A stretch of DNA of 63,400 nt, filler included, from Vannella sp. (lineage: Eukaryota), in NCBI GenBank assembly GCA_023345925.1. It is 4 parts of 4 records of this genome, joined end to end, with 100 filler letters (N's around TTAATTAATTAA, not from the genome) between each part and the next. Parts side by side here need not be neighbours in the genome. Positions count along the whole stretch, not along the records: positions 54,076 to 63,400 come from JAJQQN010000078.1; 3 more parts are not named here. One strand, given 5' to 3'. The translations under genes were made by a program, and so were the position numbers. Below the pieces are notes generated by a model that was not told the origin of the DNA, made no database searches, and was given only the letters and a program-made list of their open reading frames with translations. This document shows positions 59,839 to 63,400 of the stretch, in pieces (the first letter of the stretch is position 1; each line of letters starts with the position of its first letter).

Positions 59839-62800
59839 TCAAAACTCGGAGGGGAGATGAGACTCTTCCTTTGCGATGTTTTGGCGAGCACTTCTGGCTT
59901 TCTCGACAGCGCGGAGGTCTTCTTTGACTCGCTCGATGTTCTTGAAGTGTTCAGCCTCTTGGAGGATCTCCCAATCGTCAGGATAGAACTGCCGCTTGAT
60001 GTACTGGCCAAAGACATCGGGAGTGAGGCAGATAATGAGCACGAGGAGGAACATCACGTAGAAGTTGGGGTTGGAGAAGACGTAGAAGAACTGGAAGTAC
60101 TGCAGCGGGAATAGTGTAGCTGAGGAAGACTCAATAAGGAACACAAGGAGGTAGCAAGCGACGCTTCCGAAGATGCCGACGAACACAAGAACGTTCCACA
60201 TGTTCAGGAATGTGGCAAGTTTGAGCACAACTGTAGTGATAGCAACAGTGCTCACCATGTTCCCCATCATCTTCAGGCCAAAGGTGTGCCCAGTACTGAT
60301 GAACGGCTCCTTAGACAAGATCAATGCGCCCCCAAAGAAGAAGACTAAGGAATGCCAGATTGCCGAGAGCATCCAGTAGAAGAGTGTCGAGTACGTGAAG
60401 AGACGTCCACTTTGAACATACTTGTACGTCTCTGGGTACTCAGCGATGATCTCCTCGGAGATATCCTTCTCGAAGACAGCATAGAAGAAGGGCGGGACGG
60501 ATGTGAAGAAGATGTTGAAGAACGTGACGATCCAATCGTCATAGATGGTCTGTCTCCCTGTTAGTCTTCTAGAGAGGGAAGAGAAAGAGGAAACCTACTG
60601 TGGCGGAGTAACCGCAGTAGAATGCGAACCAGAACTGGACAAGGAACGCAGCAGCGTTCTTGTAGATGGAGTATTGAATAAGGCCAGAGTTACGGATGTA
60701 AGAGTAGCGTCCATGCACTGTTAGTAAGCGACGAAGAGAACGGAACTCCTGGATGGCGTAGTCAGAACTACGAGCGGCTTGTGTCCCTTCCTTGCCAAAG
60801 ATTCCCACACCAATGTGAGCCTCCTGGATCATACTGACGTCGTTGGCACCATCCCCAATGCTCAAGCATACTTCATGAGTATACTCTTTCATCAGTTTGA
60901 CGATTAAAGCCTTCTGCAGAGGCGACACTCTGCAAGAGACAACCGAGTGGCAGATACTTGTGATCTGCAAGAAGTGCTCTTTGTGCTCGTTCAAGGCAAA
61001 CTCAAGAGTGGTTCCGTCAATGATGACAGCGAGAGGGTGCTTCTCCAGCTCTTTCTTGTTCTTCTTGCCCAAGTGGCTCTCACAAGCTGCCCGCAATTGG
61101 TCCCCGCAGGAATCACTGGACGTTGCGATGATCCTTACAAGCTCCATGTTGGGTTTGAGAAGGCGACAAGAGTAGCCAATGTTCTCTGCTGTCTCCTGTT
61201 TGTCCCCTGTGATCATCCACACCTTGATGTTGGCGCGGAGGAGGTTATGAATCGTCTCTGGCACATCTCGCTGAAGCCTATCTTCGATGGCAGTGCAGCC
61301 CAAGAGCTCCAAATCCTGCTCGATCACAGCAGCAACGGCCTCGAGCTTCCCCTTCCGTCCCTCCGTCATATCTGACTCTGCTTCGTGCATGGAAGCGGCC
61401 CACTGCTCGTATTCCTCCTCACTGAGAATGCGGTACCCTAAAATGAGAGTCCGCAGGCCCTCTCTCGAGAAGGCTTCAATGTCGTCGTACGTCTTCTGCC
61501 GTAAGTCAGGGTCAGTGCGGTCAGTAAGCAATGGCATCATCTTCGAGTCAGCTCCTTTGCAATAGATACGGAAGGAGCCGTCGGGATGACGTGCAACGAC
61601 GCTCATGCGCGCACGAGAAGAGCTGAATTGGATCTCGTGAAGGATATCAAAGTGCTGGTCCTCTCCGCGGATGTTCACGGTAATGTCTGTTTGAGTACGC
61701 GCTGTGAAGGTGTACCCATTGGTACGAGCACCATCGCACAGAGCCTCCTCATCCGGGGACTGGGCCTTGTAAGCAATCGTGCCGTCATCCTTCACCTCTG
61801 GTACCACGCTTTGGCAAACAGAGAGGTTGTTAAGGAACTCATCAATCGTCTCTGCATTCTCGCCTCGCTCAAGAGCCTCTAGCAACTCTCCTTTACCCGC
61901 GCGGTCGTAGATGGTACCGTTGACGGAGACTTTGATGAACTCCATGCAGTTCTGTGTGAGCGTGCCCGTCTTGTCGCTGAAGATGTACTTGACCAGAGCC
62001 AACTCGTCATTCAAGTTCGTCGTCTTGGTCAACATGCCAGTCTCCTCCACGTTGTTGGGATCGAGCGCCATCTTCCGGTCCCATTCCATGAACTTGCCTT
62101 GCATGACTTTGACGACCTCCAGAGTGACCATCAAGGACATGGGGATCATGAACGAGAGCAGTGCGAAGTAAGAGAAGAAGTCTTTGATCGCCTGGCCCGC
62201 TGGGGAGCCATCAAAGTCCAAGTAGTAGCCCTGAGCAGACCGACTAGCATTGAAGAAGCCAGAGGCTACGCAGATCACAATAACCAAGCACATCTTGAAG
62301 AGGAAGATGCCGATCACGCACTTGTTCAGCCGTCGCTCCACGGTGGAGAACTTGGAAGGCGGCAACTTCTGATTGAGCGACAATTTGGTGATCTTGCCCG
62401 TGTAGACCACTAAGCCGATCACCCAGTCCGTGTTCTTGAGTTTAGCACCTCGCAGAAGCAAGTTCTCTTCGTTCAGAGAGGCAGTTTGACCATCTTCGAG
62501 GTTGAGAGTGGCATTCCACTCATACAGTTTGTGTCCGGGAGCCACTGCCTTGATGAATCCCTTCAACGATCTCATCTCCTCATCTGAGAGAGTGTTGCAC
62601 AATGGTGGAGCCTTGAAAATCTTCAGATTGGTCTCCCTTCGGCCGGTGACTGTCAGAACGTCCACTTCCTCTTACAGAGAGACGTACCCGTCCAATTGTG
62701 CTGTCTCAATGAAGCAGATACCATCTTCCAACGCCGTACTCATGGGCACAATGTCAGCAGGAAGGTATTGATCGCACTTGACGCGAACAAGGTCCCCCAC

Positions 62801-63369
62801 TTTGAGGTTCTTGCTGCGAGTCTTAGAGACACTGCCATCAGCTTTGAGGACTTGGTACTTCTTGTTGTTGACAGTGTTGTCTGCTTTCCATCGTTGCTGT
62901 ATCCCAAATGCGCGTGAGTCAAGTGAACCATGCGGAGGCTGGTGGAGACGAGGTCCGTCGCCAATGGACAAGGAAGGAGAGTGTGATGAATACCTACGAT
63001 ATCTTCGTAAGCCTCCTTCAATGCTGTAACACCAAGGACAAAGGAGAGGGGGAGAACACTCGTCCATGGAGTGAGAGGAGAGATAGCAGGGATGAAAGTG
63101 ATGATAACGATGATGAGGAAGTAGCAGTTGGTCGTACGTCTGAACTGTTCAAAAAGGTTCTTGGGAAGGAACGTCCAAAAGGAGTATTTGGTCGTTGTGA
63201 TGAGATTCGAAGGCAACGTCTTCCGGAAGGCGGCCTTCGGCGAGTTCAAGTGAATCTCAGGATAGTTCGCATACTTACTAGGCCTCTCCTCCTTCTTCCG
63301 CCGCAACCTCAGCCTCTGGGGGATCACCCGAGGCATCGGAACAGGTGCCCGAGTGAAATGCCTCTTCAA
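59839..63369 (-). CDS. P4-type ATPase phospholipid flippase
   Basis: [69 protein letters not shown]. Confidence 0.96.
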
Positions 63370-63400
63370 ACCCTAGAAAAGCTTTGAAATTGGCCAACAG

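Overview
Gene-dense eukaryotic (protist) nuclear DNA of roughly 50% GC. It has very short spliceosomal introns (mostly ~40-65 nt, GT-AG, CTRAY-like branch points) and tiny intergenic spacers. The gene content (TKL kinase, class C GPCR fragment, Ras, TerD-like protein, LRR/GPS surface protein) is compatible with an amoebozoan-type amoeba, but that assignment is inference. The window is four contigs joined by artificial 100-nt N44-TTAATTAATTAA-N44 linkers (12992-13091, 21943-22042, 53976-54075), so synteny across linkers is meaningless. Recognisable genes: RS-domain cyclophilin, GT61-like glycosyltransferase, importin-alpha, MCU, YjiK-like beta-propeller, R3H/SUZ protein, TKL kinase, XPD, PH-RhoGAP, Ras, malonyl-CoA decarboxylase, TLC protein, TFIIIC subunit GTF3C1, UTP15, Nup50, DHHC PAT, RCC1-repeat protein, SAP30-like, cathepsin L-like, NEIL1, a truncated APEH, tRNA-Asn(GTT), PIG-U, MTMR-FYVE and a P4-ATPase. 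The most striking feature is largely missed by the ORF track: a surface-receptor gene (40609->35917) whose LRRs are encoded one per exon. It has nine cassette exons (7x69, 1x66 and one frameshifted 68 nt) between ten phase-2 introns at the identical repeat position, and it sits on a tandem-repeat mucin stalk with a GPS autoproteolysis motif and a single TM helix. This is a candidate modular/variable receptor system. Other oddities are a micro-exon-rich segment at 1-790, a perfect 33-nt palindrome at 879-911, and a CCA-ending tRNA-Asn at the point where the APEH gene breaks off. All intron coordinates were read by eye.
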